From positions 16,405 through 80,404 of the forward strand of contig CALGPK010000009.1 in assembly GCA_937960415.1 (NCBI GenBank): 64,000 nt of DNA, given 5' to 3'. Both the position numbers and the translations under genes were made by a program. This document shows, one piece after another, positions 17,448 through 26,669 of this stretch; the stretch's first letter is position 1; each line of letters starts with the position of its first letter. The DNA is from an uncultured Bacteroidales bacterium. Its GTDB lineage: Bacteria > Bacteroidota > Bacteroidia > Bacteroidales > GWA2-32-17. The notes beneath the pieces are model-generated. The model was not told where the DNA came from, searched no databases, and saw nothing but the letters and a program-made list of their open reading frames with translations.

Positions 17448-17717
17448 ATGTATTTAACTGCAGAAAAGAAAAAAGAATTATTTGAGAAGTACGGCAAGAG
17501 TAACGTAGATACTGGATCTGCAGAAAGCCAGATCGCATTGTTCTCGTACCGTATTGCTCACCTAACAGAGCATTTGAAAAAAAATCGCAAAGATTTTTCA
17601 ACTCAGCAAGCTTTAGTTAAATTGGTAGGAAAGCGCCGCAAGTTGCTCAACTACCTTAAAGAAAAAGACATTGAGCGCTATCGTGCAATTGTCAACAAAT
17701 TGAACCTGAGAAAATAA
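17448..17717 (+). CDS. rpsO: 30S ribosomal protein S15
   Basis: 89 aa with SQIALFSYRIAHLTEHLKKNRKDFSTQQALVKLVGKRRKLLNYL. Classical rpsO-pnp arrangement. Confidence 0.96.
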   Translation: MYLTAEKKKELFEKYGKSNVDTGSAESQIALFSYRIAHLTEHLKKNRKDFSTQQALVKLVGKRRKLLNYLKEKDIERYRAIVNKLNLRK

Positions 17718-17744
17718 AAGGCAATGTTAAATTGCCTTTTTTTG
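17718..17744 (+). terminator. Terminator/attenuating hairpin between rpsO and pnp
   Basis: AAGGCAATgttaaATTGCCTTtttttt starts at the last base of the rpsO stop codon (TAA, 17715..17717 plus hairpin from 17718). The position is classical for the rpsO-pnp intergenic hairpin. Confidence 0.8.
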
Positions 17745-17766
17745 TATTATTTAAAAACAACTTATT

Positions 17767-19884
17767 ATGTACAATGCAATTAAAAAAGAAGTTAGATTAT
17801 CTGATGGTAGAGTAATCAGTATAGAAACTGGAAAACTTGCTAAACAAGCTCATGGCTCAGTTGTTTTACGCATGAACAATACTATGCTGCTAGCCACTGT
17901 TACGTCTGCAAAAGATGCTAAAGAGGATGTTGATTTTATGCCTCTTTCGGTAGAATATCGCGAAAAATATGCAGCCTCAGGACGTTTTCCGGGTGGTTTT
18001 ATCAAAAGGGAAGCCAAGCCATCGGATTATGAAATATTAGTGTCGAGATTAGTCGATAGGGCTTTAAGACCTCTGTTTCCCGATGATTATCATGCCGAGA
18101 CCTTTGTAAATATTGACCTTATATCGTCCGACGGCGAAGTGATGCCCGATGCATTAGCCGGATTTGCTGCATCTGCAGCATTGTCTGTTAGCGATGTCCC
18201 TTTTAATGGACCTATTTCGGAAGTTCGCGTAGCACGAATCGATGGCAAATTTGTAATTAATCCAAACCGCTCAGAACTTGCTAATGCCGACATAGATATG
18301 ATTGTAGGAGCTTCGTACGACAATATTTTAATGGTTGAGGGTGAATTAGATGAAGCAAGCGAGGAGGACATGATTGAAGCCATTCGTTTAGCTCATGACG
18401 AAATAAAAAAGCATTGCTTATTACAGATAGAATTAGCAAAAGAATTACAGGTAAAAAAACGCGAATACTGTCACGAAACAAACAACAACGAAATAAAACA
18501 GGCATTGCACGATTTTGCATATTCGAAAATTTGGAATGTTATCGAACAGGGGATAACTAACAAGCATGAACGCAATCAGCAACTTGACGCTATTAAAGAA
18601 GAGTTTCTGAGTACTTTCCCCGAAGAACAACATGATGTATTAAAGCCCATGATTAATCGCTATTATAAGAATCTCGAAAAGGATGTGATACGCGAATACT
18701 ATTTAACCAAACATATCCGTTTGGATGGCCGAAAAATGGATGAGATACGCCCTATTTGGTGCGAAGTGGATTATTTACCTATGGCTCATGGCTCGGCAAT
18801 CTTTACTCGTGGCGAAACGCAGTCTCTTACTACTGTTACACTGGGTACAAAGCTCGATGAACAACAAATCGATGGTGTTGTTTTTCAGGGTTACGAACGT
18901 TTTATTTTACACTATAATTTTCCACCTTTTTCAACGGGTGATGCTCGTCCATATCGTGGTGTAGGGCGTCGCGAAATTGGACATGGCAATCTGGCTCATA
19001 GAGCTTTAAAGCGTATGATACCTTCCGACCCGGATATCAATCCTTACACCATTCGTGTAGTATCGGACATTTTAGAATCTAATGGTTCTTCGTCTATGGC
19101 TACCGTTTGTGCAGGCACGCTTGCCCTTATGGATGCAGGTATTAAAATAAAAAAACCTGTGTCGGGTATTGCTATGGGAATGATTTCAGACGAAAAAACA
19201 GGCCGTTATGTTATTCTTTCCGATATCCTTGGCGACGAAGATCATCTGGGAGATATGGATTTTAAGGTCTGTGGAACAGTCGATGGTATTACAGCAACAC
19301 AAATGGATATTAAAGTGAACGGCCTTTCTTATGAAGTGCTGGCTAAAGCACTTGCTCAAGCTAAAGAAGGACGCTTATTTATTTTAAGTAAGATGTTAGA
19401 AACAATTTCTCAACCCAGAGCCGACTTTAAACCACATGCACCAAGAATTGTACGAATGTTGATACCTAAAGACCAAATAGGAGCAGTTATAGGACCTGGT
19501 GGCAAAATAATTCAGGAAATACAATCGGCAACCAATACAACCATTGTTATTGAAGAGGTTGATAATCAAGGTGTTGTAGAAATAAGCGGAATCGGTGCTG
19601 AATCCATTCAATCGGCTATCAAGAAAATAAAAGGAGTTGTAGGACTTATTGAGGTAGGTGAGGTTTACGACGCGATTGTAAAAAGCATTCAGGATTACGG
19701 CGCATTTGTAGAAATATTCCCTGGAAAAGAGGGACTTTTACATATTTCGGAAATTGAATGGAACAGAATTCGTAAGGTTGACGAAGTGTTGCAGATAGGA
19801 CAAAAAATACAAGTAAAACTACTTGGTTTTGACAACAAAGGTAAAATGAAACTTAGCCGAAAAGTTTTATTGCCTAAACCATAA
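17767..19884 (+). CDS. pnp: Polyribonucleotide nucleotidyltransferase (PNPase)
   Basis: 705 aa with two RNase PH domains (RREIGHG), a KH domain ([15 protein letters not shown]) and a C-terminal S1 domain. Confidence 0.96.
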   Translation: MYNAIKKEVRLSDGRVISIETGKLAKQAHGSVVLRMNNTMLLATVTSAKDAKEDVDFMPLSVEYREKYAASGRFPGGFIKREAKPSDYEILVSRLVDRALRPLFPDDYHAETFVNIDLISSDGEVMPDALAGFAASAALSVSDVPFNGPISEVRVARIDGKFVINPNRSELANADIDMIVGASYDNILMVEGELDEASEEDMIEAIRLAHDEIKKHCLLQIELAKELQVKKREYCHETNNNEIKQALHDFAYSKIWNVIEQGITNKHERNQQLDAIKEEFLSTFPEEQHDVLKPMINRYYKNLEKDVIREYYLTKHIRLDGRKMDEIRPIWCEVDYLPMAHGSAIFTRGETQSLTTVTLGTKLDEQQIDGVVFQGYERFILHYNFPPFSTGDARPYRGVGRREIGHGNLAHRALKRMIPSDPDINPYTIRVVSDILESNGSSSMATVCAGTLALMDAGIKIKKPVSGIAMGMISDEKTGRYVILSDILGDEDHLGDMDFKVCGTVDGITATQMDIKVNGLSYEVLAKALAQAKEGRLFILSKMLETISQPRADFKPHAPRIVRMLIPKDQIGAVIGPGGKIIQEIQSATNTTIVIEEVDNQGVVEISGIGAESIQSAIKKIKGVVGLIEVGEVYDAIVKSIQDYGAFVEIFPGKEGLLHISEIEWNRIRKVDEVLQIGQKIQVKLLGFDNKGKMKLSRKVLLPKP

Positions 19885-19978
19885 ATACTGGAGGCAACTT
19901 TACGGAAAAAATTACGTCTTGTATTAGGAATTTTATAACTAAATTTTTAAATTTACGCAACTAAATTCATACATAATT

Positions 19979-22864
19979 ATGAGAAAGTTTTTATTATTCT
20001 TAATCGTGATGTTTTCGTTGAATCTTTTAGCTCAACAACCAATGAAGCGAAAATGTGCAACAGACGAAATTCATCGACAATTAATACAAGAAGATCCTAC
20101 GTATTTAGAGCGATATAATCAATTGCAAGAATTTGTTCAAAAATTTGTCGAACAACATCCAAATGGATATTCACCAAAGACCGTAATTACGGTACCTATT
20201 GTTGTTCATATTGTATTATCGCCTTCGCAGCATCAGCAGTTTCCCGATCAGCGTGTTTATGAGCAAATAGACGTTTTAAATAGAGATTTTGCCGGGCAAA
20301 ATCCACATTCGATGGGACCCTTTTCATCTAATTTAAAAGCAAATACCGAATTGCAGTTTTGTCTTGCAACTATCGATCCCAATGGCAATCCTACAACAGG
20401 TATTGAGCGTAGAGATTATTTTGGAGGACCATGGGGTACAAACCAAGGAGTAAAAAGTTATGCTCAAGGTGGTTTGGATGCATGGGATCCTAATAAATAC
20501 CTTAATTTTTGGGTATGCGATTTGGGAAATGGATTGTGTGGATACGCTTTATATCCGGTAGCCCCTTTAAGCAATCTATTTGGTTTAGTAAATCACTGGG
20601 AATATACAGGTTTAACTGGTGCAGTTCCTCCTTATCATTTAGGTGGTACTGCTACTCACGAAATTGGGCATTGTTTTAATTTAAAGCATATTTGGGGCGA
20701 CCAATCGGGCTGTTCCCCTGACGATGATTGTAATGATACACCCTTACAGGATGTTGAAACATACGGAAGTCCAACAGGTGTAGTTACAGATCAATGCTCA
20801 CCTTCAGCTCCTGGTATTATGTATATGAATTTTATGGATTATGTTAATGATGATACCTATTCTAATTTTACTCCTGATCAAAAAACACGAATACAGGCAT
20901 GTTTTGCACCGGGTGGACCGTTGTACCAGTTAGGTCAATCAACGGCATGTGGTAGTACTGTTATGGATCCGGTACATGCAAATTTTATAGGTAGCCCATT
21001 ATCGATACCGGTAGGTGGTACGGTTAACTTTACCGATCAATCTACTGGAAATCCAACTTCGTGGCAGTGGACATTTACTGGAGGTACGCCTTCAACTTCA
21101 ACGCAACAAAATCCGTCGGGAATACAATATAATGCTGTTGGGCTTTATTCAGTAAAATTGAAAGTTTCGAATGCTATCTCGTCCGACAGTATAACCAAAG
21201 TAAATTACATCGAGGTTTACGACCCCAATGCAGTTCATGCTGATTTTGTTGGTACTCCAACTACTATTTTAGCCGGTGGAACAGTTCAGTTTACCGATCT
21301 GAGTACCAATAGTCCAACTTCGTGGTCGTGGCAATTTCCCGGTGGAACTCCTACCAGTTCTACGCAACAAAACCCAACGGTAACATATAGTACGCCCGGA
21401 ACATACAACGTATCGCTAACCGCCTCAAATGGAACAAGTACCGATACAGAAACCAAGGTTAATTATATCACCGTATTAGATGCTACACAAGCACCTAATG
21501 CAAACTTTATAGCTGATTTTACACTTGTTCAAGCAGGGCAGTCGGTGAATTTTACAAACCTATCAACAGGATATTATGACTCATTGCTTTGGATTTTTGA
21601 GGGTGCAACTCCCTCAACTTCAAACCAAACAAACCCATCGGGAATTCTCTACGATAGTATTTCTTGTTTTAATGTTACGCTTATCTTATATAGTATCTTA
21701 GGAAATGATACTTTAACAAAAACCGATTATATATGTGTGTTAAATCCTAATTATACAGATACTGTTAAAGCTAATTTCCATGCAATTACTTCCAGACTCA
21801 TTGTACAAGGTGGAAGCGTAAGTTTTGAAGACTTGTCTTATGGACCTATTACCAGTTGGAATTGGTATTTTGAAGGAGGAACACCTTCCACTTCTACCTT
21901 ACAAAATCCTATGAATATTGTATATTCAACCCCAGGAATCTACGATGTTCGATTGGTTGTTCGAAGTGGTTCATTTTCTGATACACTTGTAAAAACTGAT
22001 TACATAGTAGTTACAACAGAACCATGGCCAGATCCTAATGGTTTTTGCGACACAACAGGCAATATTATGAATGGAGAATTTCCTTTGGTATTCATTCATT
22101 TGCGCCCTAATAAATGGGGCTACATTCCGGGACATAATCAAAGTTTAATTAAATATTACGCCGATTTGCATGTTAACTATACGGCAAGCAATGTTAGAGG
22201 TATATTAGTGCCGGTGGTAAAAGCTTACGGAGCAAATGCAACAAACAAGGTAAGATTTACCATTTGGGATTATGATACATTGACAGGAAAACCCGGTGCT
22301 GTTTTAGGTTATAAAGATGAGATTATTAATAACTTTACGCCATTGCTCTACAAATCGGTATTGTTTAATAATCCAATTCCAGTTAATGGAAAATTCTTTG
22401 TAGGATATCAGTTATATTACAACAATCCTGTAGATACATTTGTTGTTTACATGGCTCCTAATAGAGGTCAAAATGGTAAGAATACATTGTTTTTGTCGAA
22501 AACTCCAACAGGTTGGATGACCCTTACACAGTTCTTTAGCGATACATTGGTGTATAATACATCGTTGGCAATTAAGGTTGTAGGTTGTTTGGTAGGAATA
22601 GAGCAAAATGATATATCACAATGGATAGTAATGTATCCGAATCCTGCTAACAACAAAATAACATTAGAAATAGTAGAAATACCTGTAAGCAATGTTTCGC
22701 TTGATGTGTACGATTTGATGGGTAGAAAAATGAATGTTCGAATAAGCAATACTTACATGAATCGTCAGTTTGATATAGATATTACAAATTTAAAACAGGG
22801 AGTTTATGTACTGCGACTAGCCATAAATGACCAGGTTGTAGTTCATCGATTCACTAAATTATAA
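19979..22864 (+). CDS. Secreted M43 (pappalysin/ulilysin-like) zinc metalloprotease with 4 PKD domains, an extra beta-rich domain and T9SS C-terminal domain
   Basis: Signal peptide. HEIGHCFNLKH zinc motif (His227 at nt 20657). Four PKD-like repeats at aa 332-679. C-terminal IVMYPNPANNKITLEI...GVYVLRLAINDQVVVHRFTKL is a T9SS CTD. Confidence 0.85.
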   Translation: MRKFLLFLIVMFSLNLLAQQPMKRKCATDEIHRQLIQEDPTYLERYNQLQEFVQKFVEQHPNGYSPKTVITVPIVVHIVLSPSQHQQFPDQRVYEQIDVLNRDFAGQNPHSMGPFSSNLKANTELQFCLATIDPNGNPTTGIERRDYFGGPWGTNQGVKSYAQGGLDAWDPNKYLNFWVCDLGNGLCGYALYPVAPLSNLFGLVNHWEYTGLTGAVPPYHLGGTATHEIGHCFNLKHIWGDQSGCSPDDDCNDTPLQDVETYGSPTGVVTDQCSPSAPGIMYMNFMDYVNDDTYSNFTPDQKTRIQACFAPGGPLYQLGQSTACGSTVMDPVHANFIGSPLSIPVGGTVNFTDQSTGNPTSWQWTFTGGTPSTSTQQNPSGIQYNAVGLYSVKLKVSNAISSDSITKVNYIEVYDPNAVHADFVGTPTTILAGGTVQFTDLSTNSPTSWSWQFPGGTPTSSTQQNPTVTYSTPGTYNVSLTASNGTSTDTETKVNYITVLDATQAPNANFIADFTLVQAGQSVNFTNLSTGYYDSLLWIFEGATPSTSNQTNPSGILYDSISCFNVTLILYSILGNDTLTKTDYICVLNPNYTDTVKANFHAITSRLIVQGGSVSFEDLSYGPITSWNWYFEGGTPSTSTLQNPMNIVYSTPGIYDVRLVVRSGSFSDTLVKTDYIVVTTEPWPDPNGFCDTTGNIMNGEFPLVFIHLRPNKWGYIPGHNQSLIKYYADLHVNYTASNVRGILVPVVKAYGANATNKVRFTIWDYDTLTGKPGAVLGYKDEIINNFTPLLYKSVLFNNPIPVNGKFFVGYQLYYNNPVDTFVVYMAPNRGQNGKNTLFLSKTPTGWMTLTQFFSDTLVYNTSLAIKVVGCLVGIEQNDISQWIVMYPNPANNKITLEIVEIPVSNVSLDVYDLMGRKMNVRISNTYMNRQFDIDITNLKQGVYVLRLAINDQVVVHRFTKL
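20972..22015 (+). repeat. Four tandem PKD-domain coding repeats (~85 aa each) inside the M43 protease gene
   Basis: Each unit starts (V/P)(H/N/K)A(N/D)F and carries the core GG(T/S)V.F(T/E)(D/N)LS ... W.W.F.GGTPS(T)S..QNP ... VNYI/TDYI. The units have diverged at the DNA level. Confidence 0.85.
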
Positions 22865-22986
22865 TGCTTTCGATAAACCGAAATCATTTATTAGGAGCCT
22901 TCAGATAGCGCAAATTAATGAATTTCTTAATTGCATTTACATTAGCAATTTTTCTAATGCAATGTTGGGACTAAAAGAAGTCAAAC

Positions 22987-23014
22987 AAAAAAACCGCCTT
23001 TAGGCGGTTTTTTT
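22987..23014. terminator. Bidirectional rho-independent terminator shared by the convergent M43 protease gene and small lipoprotein gene
   Basis: aaaaaaaCCGCCtttaGGCGGttttttt: a GC-rich stem flanked by an A-run and a T-run. Confidence 0.8.
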
Positions 23015-23045
23015 GTTTTGATTGTCTTCCAAATAATTAACTGTT

Positions 23046-23231
23046 TTACTGTTGCATAGTTGTATCCATGGTAGCATTTAACGAATCTACTTGTTGGTTC
23101 AATTCTTGTACTGCTTGGTCTAATGCTTTGTTCAAAGAATCTAAAGCTTGTTGTTGTTCATTTTGGCTACCACTGCAAGATGCTAAAACAAACATAGAAA
23201 CTACACAAATTCCGAAAACTACTTTTTTCAT
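23046..23231 (-). CDS. Small lipoprotein with Q-rich coiled-coil tail, unknown function
   Basis: MKKVVFGICVVSMFVLASCSG signal plus lipobox Cys, then a QQQALDSLNKALDQAVQELNQQVDSLN heptad-like segment. Followed by the terminator at 22987..23014. The start was trimmed to MKK. Confidence 0.55.
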   Translation of the reverse strand: MKKVVFGICVVSMFVLASCSGSQNEQQQALDSLNKALDQAVQELNQQVDSLNATMDTTMQQ

Positions 23232-23341
23232 GTTCATAAATTTTAAGTTAAACATTAAAGAACTTTCACAAACATTAATAACTCAAAAAAATAAAAGGTA
23301 ACCCACTTTTTTAAAAATTTTTTTTTAACGATTTGATGGGT

Positions 23342-23349
23342 TACTTTTG
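23342..23349 (+). promoter_or_regulatory. Candidate -7 box (TActTTTG) for the ECF sigma gene, overlapped by one arm of an inverted repeat
   Basis: 28 nt upstream of the ATG at 23378. The inverted repeat GTAACCCA (23298..23305) / TGGGTTAC (23337..23344) overlaps the box. Confidence 0.4.
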
Positions 23350-23377
23350 TGAGTAAAAAAATATTAAAATAATGTAA

Positions 23378-23938
23378 ATGGACAACCGTTTACCATTTAG
23401 TGAGGAAGAATTATTAGAGGGTTTAAAATCAAATAATGCTATGGTAATAGCTTATCTGTACAAGAAAAATTATCCGTCGGTTGCCAATTTTGTTCGCCTC
23501 AATGGCGGAAGTGACGACGAAGCTAAGGATATTTTTCAAGAAACTCTTGTAACCCTATTTCATAAGGTTAGGCAAGAAAATTTTATTTTGACAGCGAAAT
23601 TAAATACTTATATATATTCCGTAGCTCGCAATCTTTGGCTGACAGAGTTGAAACGTAAAAAACAAAAATCGGAAGACGTTTTTGAATTAGAAGAATTCAT
23701 ACCAAATGACGAATTACTACTTGAAGATGTAGAAATGACCAAACTAAAATATAACCGTTTAAATTGGAGCCTTGAGCAATTAGGAGAACCTTGTAAATCC
23801 ATTTTATCGTACTATTATTTTTACAAGTGGTCGATGCAAGAAATAGCCGATAAAATGGGTTACACCAATGCCGACAATGCCAAAACTCAGAAATATAAAT
23901 GTTTGCTTCGTTTAAAAAAAATCTTTCAAAAAATGTAA
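23378..23938 (+). CDS. RNA polymerase ECF-type sigma-70 family factor
   Basis: 186 aa. Region 2 (YIYSVARNLWLTELKRK) and region 4 HTH (SMQEIADKMGYTNADNAKTQKYKCLLRLKK). No region 1 or 3. Confidence 0.85.
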   Translation: MDNRLPFSEEELLEGLKSNNAMVIAYLYKKNYPSVANFVRLNGGSDDEAKDIFQETLVTLFHKVRQENFILTAKLNTYIYSVARNLWLTELKRKKQKSEDVFELEEFIPNDELLLEDVEMTKLKYNRLNWSLEQLGEPCKSILSYYYFYKWSMQEIADKMGYTNADNAKTQKYKCLLRLKKIFQKM

Positions 23939-23944
23939 TTGATT

Positions 23945-24997
23945 ATGTCGAAAATACGTTTGATAGAATTGTGCGAAAAATTTTACGAAAATTCTTTGTC
24001 TGAACATGAAAAACAAGAATTGGAACAACTTCTGAATTTGTCGGACGAAAACAAAAAGTTTTTTGATGAACATGTGAATTTTTTTAAAGAGTTGAATGAT
24101 TTTGGAGAATTTTACAAATTCAAAACTACACTAAATAAGGTATCCGAACGTTATAGTGGAAAAGTTGTTAGTTCCAGACTGGGTGTTATTCATAAGATTG
24201 TTCAATACTCATCCGTTGCAGCAGTCAGTATAATTGCTGTATTATTTACATTGTATGTTACAGGTTGGTTTTCGTTTAAACATCAGATACAAAACTACAA
24301 ACAATTATCGAACACCATTACAACCATATCTAAAAACCAAAAATCGTTGTGGAATATTTTATTTTCATCGAACGAAGTTACTTATTTGAGAGGGACAGCA
24401 TTTGCTATATCTTCTGAAGGCTTTTTAGCTACAAGCTATCACCTGGTTAGGGATTACGATTCGGTACTGGTTATCAATGCATCCGACTCGACTATTAAAA
24501 TGCACGCCAAATTATTGGCATACGATCAGAAATTAGATGTGGCTATTTTAAAGATTTCAGACTCGATTTTTTCATCCATTAAAAACATTCCATATAATTT
24601 GAATTTTCATTATCCGATAGAACTTGGTAATTATGTGTATACCTTAGGTTTTAGCAAAAACAGTATTGTTTTTGGTGAAGGTAGTATTAGTTCTTTTACA
24701 GGTTTTAATGAGGACACTAATAGTATTCAGATTTCTATACCAACGAACCCTGGTAATAGCGGTAGTCCTGTGTTTAATAAATATGGCGAAGTTATAGGTA
24801 TTATTTGCGGTAAAAATGAAGGTAAAGAAGGAAGTTCGTATGCATTGCATTCAAAGGTTTTAAAAAACATTATCGATAGCTTATCGGGAAATAAAGCAAC
24901 TTCGATACATTTTAAAAATACAATACGCTATTTGCCTAAAAATCAACAAATTTCGAAAATTATACCATATATTTTTAAGATTGAAATTTATAAATAA
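23945..24997 (+). CDS. Anti-sigma-like single-pass membrane protein with periplasmic trypsin-like (S1/HtrA-type, no PDZ) serine protease domain
   Basis: N-terminus LIELCEKFYENSLSEHEKQELEQLLNLSDENKKFF resembles Bacteroidota FecR-type anti-sigma N-termini. TM helix VAAVSIIAVLFTLYVTGWFSF. Complete triad context: SYHLV (His), LDVAILKI (Asp), GNSGSPVF (Ser). The ORF-track start at 23939 is TTG; the ATG at 23945 lies 6 nt after the sigma stop codon. Confidence 0.75.
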   Translation: MSKIRLIELCEKFYENSLSEHEKQELEQLLNLSDENKKFFDEHVNFFKELNDFGEFYKFKTTLNKVSERYSGKVVSSRLGVIHKIVQYSSVAAVSIIAVLFTLYVTGWFSFKHQIQNYKQLSNTITTISKNQKSLWNILFSSNEVTYLRGTAFAISSEGFLATSYHLVRDYDSVLVINASDSTIKMHAKLLAYDQKLDVAILKISDSIFSSIKNIPYNLNFHYPIELGNYVYTLGFSKNSIVFGEGSISSFTGFNEDTNSIQISIPTNPGNSGSPVFNKYGEVIGIICGKNEGKEGSSYALHSKVLKNIIDSLSGNKATSIHFKNTIRYLPKNQQISKIIPYIFKIEIYK

Positions 24998-25844
24998 TAT
25001 CTTCCAAAGAACTTTTAATATCACTGAACTGAAAAGGGAAGTTTTGTTCAATAAGAGCAGTTGGTTTAACAGCTTGACCTGTGTATAAAAACGTCGCACC
25101 TTTTCCGTAAATTAAATGTAATGCATGTTTGGGTATTTTAAGCAACAAAGGACGTTTAAGTAATTGTGCAAATACACGAGAAAATTCTTTGTTAGTTGTA
25201 TATTGTGGAGCTACAGCATTATATGTGCCATCGGGCAACTTACTTTCGATGGCATAATGAAACATGTTAATTAAATCGGAAATATGAATGAAACTCATGA
25301 ATTGCTTTCCGGAAGAAATAACAGCACCCAATCCTATGTAGAACAAAGGATAAAGTTTTTTTATCATTCCTCCAGTATTGCCCAAAACAATGCCCAATCG
25401 AAAAACATAAACTTCTAAACCAAGATTTTTAGCATATAGGCTGGCTTCTTCCCAGTCTTTTGCAACTTTTCCGAGAAAATCGAAAGATAAATTTTGCGAG
25501 TACTCATCATGTTCGTTTTTCGAATCGTATATACCAATAGCCGAGACAGATATAAGTTTTTTGGGGCGATTTTGAAGCGAGGCAATAGTCTTAACAATAA
25601 TACGTGTAGTGTGAACCCGACTTCTGTATATTTCGATTTTGTACTTTCTGGTCCAGCGTTTCTGTATGCTTGATCCTGCCAGATTTATAACAATATCGAC
25701 AGATGATAATATTTCTTTTAATTCTTCAGGCTGCCGATATATCATGTTATGAGGTATACGTATTATGCTATACTTTTGTTTTTCAAGGTATTTACAAAGC
25801 TCTTGACCAATAAAACCATTTGAACCAGATATGGCAATTTTCAT
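24975..25844 (-). CDS. TIGR01777/YfcH-family NAD-dependent epimerase-like protein (SDR39U1)
   Basis: MKIAISGSNGFIGQEL Rossmann N-terminus. ~290 aa with a DUF1731-like C-terminus. Confidence 0.8.
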   Translation of the reverse strand: MKIAISGSNGFIGQELCKYLEKQKYSIIRIPHNMIYRQPEELKEILSSVDIVINLAGSSIQKRWTRKYKIEIYRSRVHTTRIIVKTIASLQNRPKKLISVSAIGIYDSKNEHDEYSQNLSFDFLGKVAKDWEEASLYAKNLGLEVYVFRLGIVLGNTGGMIKKLYPLFYIGLGAVISSGKQFMSFIHISDLINMFHYAIESKLPDGTYNAVAPQYTTNKEFSRVFAQLLKRPLLLKIPKHALHLIYGKGATFLYTGQAVKPTALIEQNFPFQFSDIKSSLEDIIYKFQS

Positions 25845-25854
25845 AACTAAACCA

Positions 25855-26643
25855 TCATATTAATTGAAACTCTTCTTCCAAAGCTTTTTTTATATCTACT
25901 ATACCGACATCGTAATGTAAATTACCGTTGTGTGCAAGACTAATAGCTCCGTTCTCTTCCGAAACGACAATAACAAAAGAATCGGTAAACTCCGACATTC
26001 CTATGGCAGCTCTGTGCCTTGTTCCGTAATGGGGCGGTAGATCTACCCTATCGCTAATAGGTAATATACAGCGAGCCGATACAATCTTATTGTCGTGTAT
26101 AAGAATAGCTCCATCGTGCAAGGGGCTGTCTTTCATAAAGATGCTTTCTATCAAACGACTTGATATTTGTGCATTAAGTGTATCGCCAATGTGTGAGTAA
26201 TTGTCGAGGCTCATTTTATTAGCAATAACGAATAAAGCACCAATTTTTTTTTCGGATAAACTTTTTAGTGCTACTTCAATTGAAGAAAAATTAAGCGATG
26301 GTTTTGATTTCTTTTGAAACCGAAATATATTAAACAATCGTGTACGGTAATTTATGGTAAAATACCTGGAGCCGATAACCAACAAAAAACGTCGAATTTC
26401 TTGCTGAAATACAATCACAAGGGCAATCATTCCTACGCCCATAATTTGCCCGAGCAATTCCTCCATCAACTGCATTTTAAAGGCTCTAACCGAAAGCCAC
26501 AACAAATATATAAGGGCAATGCCGATAAAAATATTTAAAGCAATGGAGCCTCGTATAAGCATGTATATCTTGTAAAGTACAAAGGCAAAAAGCAAAATAT
26601 CAAGTATATCGAAAAATGTGATATGGATAAAAAGCGTAATCAT
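25855..26643 (-). CDS. cdaA: Diadenylate cyclase (c-di-AMP synthase), membrane-anchored CdaA type
   Basis: Three N-terminal TM helices followed by a DAC domain with DGAILI, GTRHRAAIGMSE and VVSEENGAISLA motifs. Confidence 0.88.
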   Translation of the reverse strand: MITLFIHITFFDILDILLFAFVLYKIYMLIRGSIALNIFIGIALIYLLWLSVRAFKMQLMEELLGQIMGVGMIALVIVFQQEIRRFLLVIGSRYFTINYRTRLFNIFRFQKKSKPSLNFSSIEVALKSLSEKKIGALFVIANKMSLDNYSHIGDTLNAQISSRLIESIFMKDSPLHDGAILIHDNKIVSARCILPISDRVDLPPHYGTRHRAAIGMSEFTDSFVIVVSEENGAISLAHNGNLHYDVGIVDIKKALEEEFQLI

Positions 26644-26661
26644 AAAATATTTACTAAATTA

Positions 26662-26669
26662 CAAAATTA
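26662..26669 (-). promoter_or_regulatory. Candidate -7 box (TAatTTTG) for cdaA, overlapping the folP stop codon
   Basis: Plus strand reads CAAAATTA, 18 nt upstream of the ATG at 26643. Confidence 0.4.

Noticed and set aside
20972-22015. ~250-bp periodic repeats, considered as a possible CRISPR-like or tandem DNA repeat array
   Set aside because: The periodicity is at protein level (four PKD domains in one continuous ORF). The DNA copies have diverged and there is no short repeat / unique spacer organisation.
22865-22986. 120-nt stretch between the M43 stop codon and the terminator, containing an 8-bp hairpin (ATTGCATT...AATGCAAT); possible 3'-UTR sRNA
   Set aside because: There is no promoter box and no conservation information, and the stem is weak and AT-rich. 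I cannot support an RNA gene from the sequence alone.
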